Source of the DNA: Candidatus Kapaibacterium sp.
Lineage (GTDB): Bacteria; Bacteroidota; Ignavibacteria; Kapaibacteriales; Kapaibacteriaceae
DNA: 64,000 bases
Direction of reading: 5' to 3'
Assembly (NCBI GenBank): GCA_018882895.1
Contig: VERF01000004.1
Span: 554-64,553 of the forward strand
Shown here: positions 17,115-27,311 of the stretch, in pieces
Layout: each line of letters opens with the position of its first letter
Numbering within the stretch: the stretch's first letter is position 1
The notes under the pieces: model-generated
Database searches by the model: none
Seen by the model: only the letters and a program-made list of their open reading frames with translations
Told to the model about the DNA's origin: nothing
Program-made: the position numbers and the translations under genes

Positions 17115-19646
17115 TCAATCCTCGTGCGCTTCGGCCTCTTCGGGCTCCTCAAGTGCGTCGCCGCCCTTGGACTTTGCTGCCGTAAAGAGAATTGCCGCCG
17201 TTTTCTTGTCGAGCTTACCCTTGATGGTGCATCCGTCTGGGAAGCCCCCTCGCAAAACTTCTTCAGCGATAGGATCCTCGACAAATCGCTGGATGGTACG
17301 GCGCAGTGGTCGCGCTCCATACTTCTCATCAAATCCCTTCTCGGCGAGAAACTCCTTGGCCGTCTTTCCGAGCTCAAGCGTGATGTTTCGCGAATGAAGG
17401 CGAACCAACAGCCGCTTTAGCTGCAGATCGATGATCCGAACCATGTGCTCCTTCTTGAGCGGACGGAAGATCACATACTCATCGATACGGTTCAAGAACT
17501 CGGGGTTGAACAGACGCTTCATCGTCTCTTCAACGGTCGACTTCATGTTCTCGTAATTGTCACTAGACTCGTCGGTGGTGAAGCCGATGCGTCCGCCGGC
17601 CTTGACGTCGCGCATGCCAACATTCGAGGTCATGATGATGATGGTGTTCTTGAAGTCGATACGACGTCCAAGACCGTCCGTGAGCTGACCATCGTCGAAG
17701 ACCTGCAGAAGAATGTTGAACACGTCCGGATGCGCCTTCTCGATCTCGTCAAGAAGAACGATCGAATACGGCTTGCGACGGACCTTCTCTGTGAGCTGAC
17801 CTCCCTCTTCGTAACCGACGTAGCCCGGAGGGGCACCGACGAGCCGAGAGACGGAGAACTTCTCCATGTACTCACTCATGTCAATACGGATCATCGCATC
17901 TTCACTGTCAAACATGTATCGCGCAAGGGCCTTTGCCAGCTCGGTTTTGCCAACACCGGTGGGTCCAAGGAACATGAACGAACCGATCGGACGTGATGGA
18001 TCCTTAAGTCCGGCACGCGCCCTGCGAATTGCTTTGGCAAGGTGCTCAACGGCCTCGTCCTGACCGATCACTTCTGAGCGAAGTTCGTCGGCCATCTTCA
18101 GCAGCTTGGCCGTCTCGCCTTCTGCGATGCGGTTGACCGGGATGCCGGTCATCATGGCGATGACGTCGGCCACATCCTCCTCCGAAACGTCGAAGACGAC
18201 GTCGGAGCTGGAGCTTTCCCACTCCACCTTGGCCTGCTCAAGTTCCGTCTGGTACTTCTTCTCAAGGTCGCGTAAACGCGCGGCCTCTTCGAAGTTCTGG
18301 GACTTGACAACACTGTTCTTCAGCGAGCGCAGTTCTTCAATCTTGCCCTCGAGCTCCAGAACTTCCTTCGGCACGTGAATGTGTGCCAGGTGCACACGAG
18401 CACCGGCCTCGTCCATAACGTCAAGCGCCTTGTCTGGCAGGAATCGGTCAGTGATGTATCGATCTGCCATCATCACGCATGAACGCACCGCCTCGTCCGA
18501 GTAGCGAACTCCGTGGTGCTTTTCGTAGCGGTCCTTCACGTTGTGCAGGATCTGAATTGCTTCGTCTGCCGTCGGTGGGTCGACCAGGATCTTTTGGAAT
18601 CGGCGATCAAGGGCGCCGTCCTTTTCGATGTGCTGACGATACTCGTCGAGCGTGGTGGCACCGATGCATTGGATGTCTCCCCTGGCCAAGGCGGGCTTAA
18701 ACATATTCGATGCATCAAGGGAGCCACTGGCGCCCCCTGCCCCGACGATCGTGTGTAGCTCGTCGATGAACAGGATGACGTCCTTGGCCTTCTCCAGCTC
18801 GCTCATCACGGCCTTCATGCGCTCTTCGAACTGACCCCTGTACTTGGTGCCAGCAACAAGTGCAGCAAGGTCAAGCGTCACAATCCGCTTGTCGAAAAGT
18901 ACTCGAGAGACCTTCTTATCGACAATCCGAATGGCAAGCCCCTCAATGATGGCGGTCTTGCCAACGCCGGGTTCGCCGATCAGGACGGGGTTGTTCTTCT
19001 TACGACGCGACAGCACCTGGGCGACCCGTTCGATCTCCTTCTCACGGCCGATCACAGGGTCAAGCTTGCCTTCCACGGCAAGTTTCGTCAGATCCCGTCC
19101 GAAATTGTCAAGCACCGGCGTCTTGGCCCTCTCAGGGGCAGTTGGCCTGGCTGCCGCTGTTGTGCCTCCGGCCGCGCCTCGCTCGGAGCGAGGGGGCGTG
19201 GGGCTCTGGCGGCCACTGAGATAGGCGTCGAGTTCCTTGCGAACGGCGTCGTAGTTGACCGAGAACTGACCCAGGATCTGGGCTGCAATGTTGTCTTCGT
19301 CACGCAGCAACGACAGCAGAAGATGCTCTGTTCCGATCACATCGGCCTTGTAGAGCTTCGCCTCGAGATACGTGATCTTCAAAACCTTTTCGGCCTGTTT
19401 GGTCAGCGGGATATTTCCGATCGTGAGCGGACCGCTCATCGTTCGGACAGTATCCTCTATGGCTTTCTTGAGCTTTCCGAGCTCAACGCCGAGATTCCGA
19501 AGGATCTTAATGCCGATGCCTTCGCCCTCCCGTATGATACCGAGCAACAGATGCTCCGTACCGATGTAGTCGTGCCCGAGGCGCAGGGCCTCCTCACGAC
19601 TCAGACGAATGACGTCTTGTACCCGATTCGAAAAATTGCCTTCCAT
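17115..19646 (-). CDS. clpC: ATP-dependent Clp protease ATP-binding subunit ClpC (class I Hsp100)
   Basis: Double Clp_N repeat ([16 protein letters not shown] / [11 protein letters not shown]). Two AAA+ modules (GEPGVGKTA; GPTGVGKTE). UVR-like linker ([13 protein letters not shown]). Confidence 0.95.
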   Translation of the reverse strand: MEGNFSNRVQDVIRLSREEALRLGHDYIGTEHLLLGIIREGEGIGIKILRNLGVELGKLKKAIEDTVRTMSGPLTIGNIPLTKQAEKVLKITYLEAKLYKADVIGTEHLLLSLLRDEDNIAAQILGQFSVNYDAVRKELDAYLSGRQSPTPPRSERGAAGGTTAAARPTAPERAKTPVLDNFGRDLTKLAVEGKLDPVIGREKEIERVAQVLSRRKKNNPVLIGEPGVGKTAIIEGLAIRIVDKKVSRVLFDKRIVTLDLAALVAGTKYRGQFEERMKAVMSELEKAKDVILFIDELHTIVGAGGASGSLDASNMFKPALARGDIQCIGATTLDEYRQHIEKDGALDRRFQKILVDPPTADEAIQILHNVKDRYEKHHGVRYSDEAVRSCVMMADRYITDRFLPDKALDVMDEAGARVHLAHIHVPKEVLELEGKIEELRSLKNSVVKSQNFEEAARLRDLEKKYQTELEQAKVEWESSSSDVVFDVSEEDVADVIAMMTGIPVNRIAEGETAKLLKMADELRSEVIGQDEAVEHLAKAIRRARAGLKDPSRPIGSFMFLGPTGVGKTELAKALARYMFDSEDAMIRIDMSEYMEKFSVSRLVGAPPGYVGYEEGGQLTEKVRRKPYSIVLLDEIEKAHPDVFNILLQVFDDGQLTDGLGRRIDFKNTIIIMTSNVGMRDVKAGGRIGFTTDESSDNYENMKSTVEETMKRLFNPEFLNRIDEYVIFRPLKKEHMVRIIDLQLKRLLVRLHSRNITLELGKTAKEFLAEKGFDEKYGARPLRRTIQRFVEDPIAEEVLRGGFPDGCTIKGKLDKKTAAILFTAAKSKGGDALEEPEEAEAHED

Positions 19647-19775
19647 TGCCTGGTTGTCCTTCGGAACATTTCTGGTTCCGTTCGATGACGAATCGACGTC
19701 AATTCTGTTTCGACGTTTCGCTAGAAATATACTGCGTCATTGTTGCGACAGACGGCCCAGATTATGCACAGGCAC

Positions 19776-20684
19776 TCAGTCGAACATGCTCTTGATCTTT
19801 CCGATAGTCACCACCAGACTTGGCTCTGTAGAGACCGCAACCTTGGCCTTGGCCGGGGCCGGTGCCGGAGCGGCCTTCTTGCCCTTCTTTCCCTTGGCTG
19901 CCGGGGCTTCGGCCACAGGCTCGGCAACGGGGGCTGCCGTTGCAATGGCCTTGGTTTGGAACGTCACGCGGACGTCTCCGAGCTTTACATCCTTCAGTGC
20001 CTGACGAACGGCTTCATTGCGAGACTCTACGAGCGCGGCATTCGGATCTGCAGGCGGCGCAGGCATCTGCGGCTCTTCGGGAAGGGGCTGACCCTTCTTT
20101 ACCTTTTTCACGGCCTTTGCCCACGCGTCATGGCGCTTGTTGTAATCAGACATCTGCTGCGCGATCAAGGGGGCGAGCTGGTCCTCGTCGGCCATGATCC
20201 TGACGACCACATTCAGGTGTTGGTTAGCCTTCATGACATCAGCAAGGTCGGCCAGTGCCTTTCGGCCCGGCTCCGTGAGCGTTGCGGCATTGCGGTCAAA
20301 GGCCGCCATGGTAGAACTTAGCTGACGTCCTTCGACGAATGCGCGAACCGTAAAGTCCTGCTTGATCACCTTGAACTTCTCGGTCTTCGGAACGTCAACG
20401 ATGAACTCCTTGCGATAGACATTGAAACCGGCTGCAACGATCCGGTGCGGGCCGGCCTCAGAGAGCGTCTGCAAGTATGAACCATCCTTTGAATTCGAGG
20501 AGATACTCACCTTTTTTCCCGACGGGAAGTTGATGTGGAGCTTACATCCTACGGGTTCGCCGCTAACGGAGTCACGCACAAAACCTTCGATGTTGAGAAT
20601 GGCCTGTTGAGCAGAGAGGTGCACAACGGCACCGCACATGATCGCAAGCAAAGAGATGATGGTTGTCCGAGTCTGAGTCTTCAT
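19776..20684 (-). CDS. Secreted protein with a CarboxypepD_reg-like N-domain, a degenerate OmpA-like domain and an Ala/Pro/Lys-rich tail
   Basis: Signal peptide MKTQTRTTIISLLAIMCGAVVHLSAQQ. FDRNAATLTEPGRKALADLADVMKAN resembles the start of an OmpA_C domain. Low-complexity tail APAAKGKKGKKAAPAPAPAKAK. ATG at 20684 verified. Confidence 0.6.
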   Translation of the reverse strand: MKTQTRTTIISLLAIMCGAVVHLSAQQAILNIEGFVRDSVSGEPVGCKLHINFPSGKKVSISSNSKDGSYLQTLSEAGPHRIVAAGFNVYRKEFIVDVPKTEKFKVIKQDFTVRAFVEGRQLSSTMAAFDRNAATLTEPGRKALADLADVMKANQHLNVVVRIMADEDQLAPLIAQQMSDYNKRHDAWAKAVKKVKKGQPLPEEPQMPAPPADPNAALVESRNEAVRQALKDVKLGDVRVTFQTKAIATAAPVAEPVAEAPAAKGKKGKKAAPAPAPAKAKVAVSTEPSLVVTIGKIKSMFD

Positions 20685-20691
20685 GCGTTCA

Positions 20692-21459
20692 CTAATCCTT
20701 AGTTGGCGAAAGAAATGAGGCGATACCTTTACGAAAATCTTCGGTCTGGCGGGCCATGGCATTCATTACCGTCGCATAATGCAATCCCGCATCAAGCGAC
20801 ATGCCGTGAACGGCGTTGAGCATCGACTTGGTCATGGCCATGGCCGAGGAACTGTTGCGGGCCATCTTCGTGGCGATGCGCAGTGTCTGCTCCTCAAGGA
20901 CATCGTCGTCAACAACGTAGCTGACCATGCCAAGTTGACAGGCCTCCTCGGCACTGATGTTCTCGGCGGTCAGCAGCAGGCGCCGTGCTCTCGTGTCGCC
21001 GATCTTCCGAACGAGGTACACCAGAACGATGGCCGGAACGAAACCGATCTTGACCTCGGAGTAGCCGAAGACCGCAGCATTCCGGGCGGCAACGACCACG
21101 TCGCAGACGCTCGCAAGACCGCATCCTCCTGCTATGGCCGGACCTTGCACCATCGCGATGACGGGCTTCGGACACTCCACGATGGCCTGCAACATGTTCT
21201 TGAGTGAGGTCGAGTCATCCACATTGTCAAGGGGCGAGAGCTCCGATATCCGCTGCAGATATGCCAGGTCTGCCCCTGCGCAGAACGCAGCTCCTTCACC
21301 TCTGAGTACGATCACCTTAACGGCATCGTCGGCCTGCATCGCACGAACGGCATCATGCAGCGAAGCAATGAGCTCGGTGCTCAGGGCATTGCGCTTCTCC
21401 GGACGATTCAGGGTGATCGTGCCGATGCCCTCGGAGGTGTTGGTGACAATGATGCTCAT
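20692..21459 (-). CDS. Enoyl-CoA hydratase/isomerase (crotonase) family protein
   Basis: ITLNRPEKRNAL, VIVLRGEGAAFCAGADL, and the GPAIAGGCGLA oxyanion-hole region. ATG at 21459 verified. Confidence 0.9.
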   Translation of the reverse strand: MSIIVTNTSEGIGTITLNRPEKRNALSTELIASLHDAVRAMQADDAVKVIVLRGEGAAFCAGADLAYLQRISELSPLDNVDDSTSLKNMLQAIVECPKPVIAMVQGPAIAGGCGLASVCDVVVAARNAAVFGYSEVKIGFVPAIVLVYLVRKIGDTRARRLLLTAENISAEEACQLGMVSYVVDDDVLEEQTLRIATKMARNSSSAMAMTKSMLNAVHGMSLDAGLHYATVMNAMARQTEDFRKGIASFLSPTKD

Positions 21460-21518
21460 GGCCCCGAAAATACGGCAACGAGAGCCCCCTGCCATCAACA
21501 CGAACCTCGGCCGAACCC

Positions 21519-24347
21519 TTACCGCACGATCAAAAGTGGCCAGGTGTGGGTCCAGTCGGGCGCGACCGCACGTATGCTGTATGTGCCGGAACTCAGGGAG
21601 CCTACGTCAAGCGGATGTACGTATTGATTCGGCGGAATCATTCGCAGAACATCGACGTGAACCTGCCGACCAGATACATCGAAGACGGAGAACGTGATTG
21701 GCGAGCCTGTACTGGCATCAACCGGCACATAGACAATGCTCGACGCGGGATTAGGAAACACCGGATCAGAATCTGCCGTGAAGAGTGTATCGGTTGGGGG
21801 TCTCCCCCAGACCCATGTTTCTCTCTCCAACTTATCGGCAAGTCCGTTACGGGAGGTATCGATCACGATCACCTGTCGGAACGACCGGCGGTGGCCGGCA
21901 GGCACGGGCATGCGAAAGCGCATTCCCGTGGCCGTTGCCACGTCATTTGTGTCGGTGTAGTTGAACGAGTCCGGTTCGCGCAAAATCGCCGTCTTCCTAT
22001 CAGTCGGGAATCCACCATACGTGGTCGTATTGTCGATCCCGGCCAGCAAAGGCGTGGCATCACTGAAGACGCTTTGGTTGTAGAGGGCAACCATTGGCTG
22101 GGCCGGACCCACCGACGATACGTATTGGAACAGACGATCCTTCTGCGTGACGTTTCGCGCCGGCTGTCGGCCCAAATCCCAGTCGTAAAACCAGGCAACG
22201 GCCAGGTCATGCAGTGTGGTGTCGCTGCGGTTGGTGATTGTCAGGTCGAGACGCATCACGTCATTCAGGGAATCAAGGTCGACAGCCAGCTCAACCTCCA
22301 CGCCAATGCGCAGCGAGTCGGGCGCGTCGGCATCGCTGAACGTCCCCGAAATGGCATGCGCGCCGGTAAAACGGCGGATTGGACGGAAGTGATCGTTGCT
22401 GCGCCTGCCCGAGCGGATAGCGTCCACAGTGCGGCCGTTGGCGTGGATCATGAGGCCCCCTTCATAAAGCTGGCCGCAGAAGTCACGAAATCGCAGCCCC
22501 TCTCCTTGTCCGCGGTCAATGTCGGTGTTGCCTATGCGCCCGCGATCTCCGATGCTGATGCGGACATCCCGATTGGAAAGCGTTGTGTATGCCGGGGCGG
22601 GCGTCACGGCATACGAGTAGCGCCTGTTGATCGCAGCTCCGGAAGCGTCCGTGCCCAACAGACGCATGTGTACGTAGGCGGCGGTGTCTGTTTCGGCCAC
22701 AACCACGAAGTCCTGCTCCGGCAGGAAGAATCGCTCGCCGGTGGCTATCGCCTGCTGGGTGATCGAACCTGCATCGGAGGTCGACTTCAGCGCCGTTCGT
22801 CCGGCGCCGGTGACACCGTCGGTGCCTATGATCTTGAGCGTCCACGGTCCGAGCCGGTTAACGAGACCGACGCGCGCGCGCAGCGTGTCACCAACGGTCC
22901 AGCGCTGCGAACCGCTCCGTGCGGCAAGTTCGATGGTGTCGATCTCGACCGAGACCAGCGTATCGGGATGAGCCGTGACTGCTTTGAGGGCGTTGACGCG
23001 TCCGCGTGGCAGTTGCAATGCGTCGATCTCGGCAGGAACGTCTCTCCAGGGGGCTTCATCGACGGCATCGCGCACCATTGCACAGGCCTGAAGGGGGCCG
23101 ATGGACCGATAGCGAGACCTTACCAGCGCAACGAGGGCCGAGGCGATCGGGGCCGAACCGGACGTGCAGCAGAAGGTTGAGTACGATCCGTCGTTCGACG
23201 TACTCCAGCTCGAATGGCCCGGCGCCATGACGTCGACCGTTGGCCCCCTACCGGTCATAGCAATGACATTGTCGGAGGCATCGACCACGCCGACTCCCAA
23301 CACGCCACGGTAGCTGGCCGGATAGAAGGGGCTGGCTGCATAGTGATTGCCGGCGGCGGCAACCACGGCCGTACCGCGGGCAATGGCATAGGAGACCACA
23401 TCCTGATCTATGCAGCTCGGAGACTGTCCACCCCATGAGCAGTTGACCACGTCGAAGCCGTTGACGGCAGCATACATGATGGACTCGTAGCCGAAGACGA
23501 TGCCCGTTGTTCCCTTGGGCATGGTGCGCAAGGGGAACATCCGACACTTGCCGCCGACGCCGGCAATTCCCTTGCCGTTGTTGGCCGTGGCCGCGCACGT
23601 TCCGGCCACGCTTGTGCCGTGACCGTTGGCTGGATTGAACACGTCACCGGGCTGTGTGGAATCTTCCTTCCACGAAAAATTGTAGCCTCGATGATCATCG
23701 ATGTACCCGTTGTCGTCATCGTCAACGCCGTTTCCGGGGATCTCACCGACACGCGCATGGAGCGCGTCGACAAGGTCCTCGTGGTCCATTCGCACACCGC
23801 TGTCACTGATGCCAATGATCACCGAATCACTTCCGGGCTCGACATCCCACGCGGCATAGGCCTGAATGGTCTTCAGAAGGTCCTGACGCACCCGCTCGGG
23901 ATCATTCGGTTCGCCGCAGAGCTCCATCACGCACCAAGGAGCGGCGCACTCGATGGGGCCGCAGCCGACGCGTAGACGCGCAATGATCTGTTCCGGCGGG
24001 ATGTCGGGTCGGTCATAGCTCACAACGAATGACCGAAGAAGACGTTCCTCGACGACTTGGGCCTCGTTCATGTCCATCGGACGTTGCCGGGTGGACCCCA
24101 ACACGGAGCGCTCACGATACGCCAGCGACTGTCCATACGGAAGAACGGGGCGAACCACGCGCAGACCGAGTTCGGCTAGGATCTCGGGAGCCCGCGCGGC
24201 GTATTCGGCCGACAGGCGGATCTTGAGCATGCCGCGCAGAACGGGATCGGGCCGATGCGGGAGCTCGGCCGGGAGGATCTCATACTGCGCCCACGCAATG
24301 GCAGATGTCAGCACCCATAGAGTGGTCAAGAGCATCCGAACGGTCAT
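21519..24347 (-). CDS. Subtilisin-like (S8) serine peptidase with T9SS C-terminal sorting domain
   Basis: Signal peptide. Triad contexts IIGISDSGVRMDHEDL (Asp), NGHGTSVAG (His), CTSGSAPIASALVA (Ser). Tail VFPNPASSIVYV...SGTYSIRA. Confidence 0.88.
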   Translation of the reverse strand: MTVRMLLTTLWVLTSAIAWAQYEILPAELPHRPDPVLRGMLKIRLSAEYAARAPEILAELGLRVVRPVLPYGQSLAYRERSVLGSTRQRPMDMNEAQVVEERLLRSFVVSYDRPDIPPEQIIARLRVGCGPIECAAPWCVMELCGEPNDPERVRQDLLKTIQAYAAWDVEPGSDSVIIGISDSGVRMDHEDLVDALHARVGEIPGNGVDDDDNGYIDDHRGYNFSWKEDSTQPGDVFNPANGHGTSVAGTCAATANNGKGIAGVGGKCRMFPLRTMPKGTTGIVFGYESIMYAAVNGFDVVNCSWGGQSPSCIDQDVVSYAIARGTAVVAAAGNHYAASPFYPASYRGVLGVGVVDASDNVIAMTGRGPTVDVMAPGHSSWSTSNDGSYSTFCCTSGSAPIASALVALVRSRYRSIGPLQACAMVRDAVDEAPWRDVPAEIDALQLPRGRVNALKAVTAHPDTLVSVEIDTIELAARSGSQRWTVGDTLRARVGLVNRLGPWTLKIIGTDGVTGAGRTALKSTSDAGSITQQAIATGERFFLPEQDFVVVAETDTAAYVHMRLLGTDASGAAINRRYSYAVTPAPAYTTLSNRDVRISIGDRGRIGNTDIDRGQGEGLRFRDFCGQLYEGGLMIHANGRTVDAIRSGRRSNDHFRPIRRFTGAHAISGTFSDADAPDSLRIGVEVELAVDLDSLNDVMRLDLTITNRSDTTLHDLAVAWFYDWDLGRQPARNVTQKDRLFQYVSSVGPAQPMVALYNQSVFSDATPLLAGIDNTTTYGGFPTDRKTAILREPDSFNYTDTNDVATATGMRFRMPVPAGHRRSFRQVIVIDTSRNGLADKLERETWVWGRPPTDTLFTADSDPVFPNPASSIVYVPVDASTGSPITFSVFDVSGRQVHVDVLRMIPPNQYVHPLDVGSLSSGTYSIRAVAPDWTHTWPLLIVR

Positions 24348-27268
24348 CGAAGGAATCTCAAGAATTGAACAGGTCCGGTGATCTCATCATTGATGCGGAG
24401 CGTGTAGGCCCCCTTCTCCAAGAGCGAAGCATCGAATGCAATGTCGCCAACACCGTCGTGCTGCCACGACATACGAACTTGCCCAAGCATGTCGATCACG
24501 CTGCACCGGCACGGGCCCGCCGAACCACGAACTGTGGCAATGTCCGTAACAGGATTGGGATCAACCTGTAGGATTGCTGTTGCTGTTTCACGTTCGCCCG
24601 CAACGGAAACGGTCGTCAAGGCCTCACGCATCAGCGCTTGGGCGCTGGCCGCGCCATCACCGACGGTAATGATGACCGAGAACGTCCACTTCTGACCAAC
24701 GTCAAGGGGCTTCGTGCGGCGCATTCCGGCCAGCACGAAGACGTCGGCGCGGTCGATAGCAGCGCTGGAAATGCCGCCGGATAGCAGATTCACACGGTCA
24801 CGATGCGTGAACCCGTCACTATCGTCTATGATTGAGGCAAGGGGCAGACTGGCCGACTGTGCTCGGTCATCGGGATCATTGCTCATGACGGCCACGCAGA
24901 CATAGCTGGCCGGTCCAAAGGTCACCCCATCGGGTAACGTCACCCGTTGCGCCGCCACGTTGAGACCGCGCATGCCCGATGGGATAGCCAACTCGTCGAG
25001 AGCCGACTGATCATTACGGCCACCCGAGCTAATGTCCCAGTCGAGCAGATAGCCGGCGGCAACACTCGAAAGAGATGCTGACCGCGGCATGATGCCAACG
25101 TTCCATACGGTGGCCGGCTTGTCTGCCCACGGAAAGACGCAGGTCTGTGTGACCTCGATATCCAGCGGCTGCAGAGCCGCCGAATCGATCATGCGACACA
25201 TGTTGGGCTGGGGCATCATGCCAAATGGCTTGACTACGGCGAAATCCGATGCCAGCGGTGGGTCATTCTTGTAGCCCGTGACGCTGCGTGGACCATCATC
25301 GACCACGAACAGCCCTCCGGGTGACATCAGTTGGTTCGAAGGCTTGCGAGCAAAGCCGGCACCCTGCCTGGATGCGTCGATCGACGTGTAACCCACCATG
25401 CCGTCATCAGCCATCGAATACACGAGAGCTTCATTCTCAAAGCGTGTGATCGCGGCCGGCAGTTCGATGTAGTGAAACCCAAAATCCTGAGAGGATTCGC
25501 CAAGGATCTCTACGCGCACCAGACATGCTTCCGATCCGATCGTTTCTACGATAAATGGAAAAGGTCTCGAGCTTACCGACGCTCCTGTGCCGATCTGCCC
25601 CAGGACGTCACGTTCTTGCAGACTCCGAAGTGACCAGCCATTGGCGGAAACAATGCGTGGCTCGACCTCGGCGGTTCCGGGAGCAAGGTCGTTGGTGACC
25701 TCGAAGACAAGCAGGAGCGTGTCGCCCACGCCGAATCGCGTCGACGCGCCCCGCCCGGCCACACTTTGGCGCACCGAGGAGATACGCATGCTGGGACGAG
25801 AAAGGGGCTCCTGCGTCACCGCCCTGAACAGGTTGAGTCGGGGGGCAATTGACTCGGCAAACGTCGGATTCAGCGATGAGATGTCATCAGCCGTAGCACG
25901 AAGGTGTGCTGCGACCTGTTGGGCCGTCAGCTGCGGCCATCGTGCACGGACCACCGCCGCCGCCCCCGCCACGATCGGCGAAGCGAAGGATGTGCCTGTA
26001 GTACCACTCGATGTATAGTCCGAAACCACTTCATTTAAGCCGACACTCTCCACGATCGTCGTCAGTGCCAGATTGCCCGGTGCCACGAGGTCAGTGTTAC
26101 CTCCAAGACCACTTGAACCCACAACGAAGTCATCAGGTGTAGTCTCTCCCACGCCCAACACACCTGCGTAAGCAGCGGGGTAATTTCTGCGGTTGAATTC
26201 GGTCCCTCCGGAGCCCCTTCCATGGTTGCCCCCGGAGGCTACCACCAGAACGTTCTTCGCAACACAGTAGTCGATCACCGATTGATCGATCGCCGAGGCG
26301 GGCTTGACGCTGCCCCAGGAGGTGTTGACAACATCCAGACCGCGTTCCGCGGCATAGATCAGCGATTGATAGCCGTACATGATCCCACCGTCTTGGCTGG
26401 CCACAGCCATAGGAAAGAAGCGCGACGACATGCCGGCCGATGATATTCCCTTACCGTTATTGGTCGATGCCGCAGCCAATCCAGCAACACGTGTGCCGTG
26501 GCCGAAGCCTGCGGGAGTTCTCGAGGTGTTACCCTTGGTTGACGCGTCACAGCTGAAACAGTATCCTCGGTGGTCATCGACATACCCATTTGCATCATCG
26601 TCAATTCCGTTTCCCGGAATCTCGGACGTATTCGCCGCGATGTTACCGCTCAGGTCCTCATGCCGCTGATCGATCCAGTCGTCGCTGATGCCAATGACGA
26701 TCGTGTCCGCCCCCTTGAATACCTCCCATGCCTGCTCGTAGCCGATGGTTCGAAGGTAGTCCTGCTGCGACCGAAGTGAGTCATTGGGCGCTGCGTGAGG
26801 CTGGTCGATAGTCCACGGCTCGGCGATCTCGACCTCACCCGGAAGCACCTTCAAAAGCTGGGCAATGGCGGCCGACACCGAACGCCGGCCATCGAAGGCG
26901 ATGGTAAAGGTGCGCGTAAGACGGTCTTCGGCGTCACGCAGCTCCGGCCGGTGCGCCATCAGAGCGCTGGGTCGGGCAGGCTCGGAGGGCGGACGCGCAA
27001 CGCTTCTCGACGAGAAGTGCTCTGTCCGCTCAGGAGGAAGAAACTGATGGTCGACCCAATAACCCTTGGGTAAGATGCGGTTGACGTCCGAGACGCTGCG
27101 CTTGGACGTCATGCGCACGTGAATTCTTCCGGAGACGATCTCAAGGGGCTGACCGCCAAAGCTCACCGTTTCGCGCTGAAGTTCCTGACACGAAAGGCCT
27201 TGCCATGCCAACAGCAGCATGGCAGTAACAGCCAGGTGGACAATGTTTCGGGCTCGAGGTTTGGGCAT
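24344..27268 (-). CDS. Second, paralogous S8 serine peptidase with T9SS C-terminal sorting domain
   Basis: VIGISDDWIDQRHEDL (Asp), FGHGTRVAG (His), GTTGTSFASPIVAGAAAV (Ser). Tail VDPNPVTDIATV...GAYTLRI. Its stop overlaps the start of the downstream paralogue (24344-24347). Confidence 0.88.
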   Translation of the reverse strand: MPKPRARNIVHLAVTAMLLLAWQGLSCQELQRETVSFGGQPLEIVSGRIHVRMTSKRSVSDVNRILPKGYWVDHQFLPPERTEHFSSRSVARPPSEPARPSALMAHRPELRDAEDRLTRTFTIAFDGRRSVSAAIAQLLKVLPGEVEIAEPWTIDQPHAAPNDSLRSQQDYLRTIGYEQAWEVFKGADTIVIGISDDWIDQRHEDLSGNIAANTSEIPGNGIDDDANGYVDDHRGYCFSCDASTKGNTSRTPAGFGHGTRVAGLAAASTNNGKGISSAGMSSRFFPMAVASQDGGIMYGYQSLIYAAERGLDVVNTSWGSVKPASAIDQSVIDYCVAKNVLVVASGGNHGRGSGGTEFNRRNYPAAYAGVLGVGETTPDDFVVGSSGLGGNTDLVAPGNLALTTIVESVGLNEVVSDYTSSGTTGTSFASPIVAGAAAVVRARWPQLTAQQVAAHLRATADDISSLNPTFAESIAPRLNLFRAVTQEPLSRPSMRISSVRQSVAGRGASTRFGVGDTLLLVFEVTNDLAPGTAEVEPRIVSANGWSLRSLQERDVLGQIGTGASVSSRPFPFIVETIGSEACLVRVEILGESSQDFGFHYIELPAAITRFENEALVYSMADDGMVGYTSIDASRQGAGFARKPSNQLMSPGGLFVVDDGPRSVTGYKNDPPLASDFAVVKPFGMMPQPNMCRMIDSAALQPLDIEVTQTCVFPWADKPATVWNVGIMPRSASLSSVAAGYLLDWDISSGGRNDQSALDELAIPSGMRGLNVAAQRVTLPDGVTFGPASYVCVAVMSNDPDDRAQSASLPLASIIDDSDGFTHRDRVNLLSGGISSAAIDRADVFVLAGMRRTKPLDVGQKWTFSVIITVGDGAASAQALMREALTTVSVAGERETATAILQVDPNPVTDIATVRGSAGPCRCSVIDMLGQVRMSWQHDGVGDIAFDASLLEKGAYTLRINDEITGPVQFLRFLR

Positions 27269-27311
27269 GGCAATTGGTTTTAGCAGATTGAGTTTTTCGT
27301 ATCAACACCAC

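Noticed and set aside
21546-23180. 544-aa ORF on the plus strand
   Set aside because: It is fully antisense to a confidently assigned S8 protease gene. Its translation is Arg/Gly/Ala-rich low-information sequence typical of shadow ORFs in GC-rich DNA, and no motif is recognisable.
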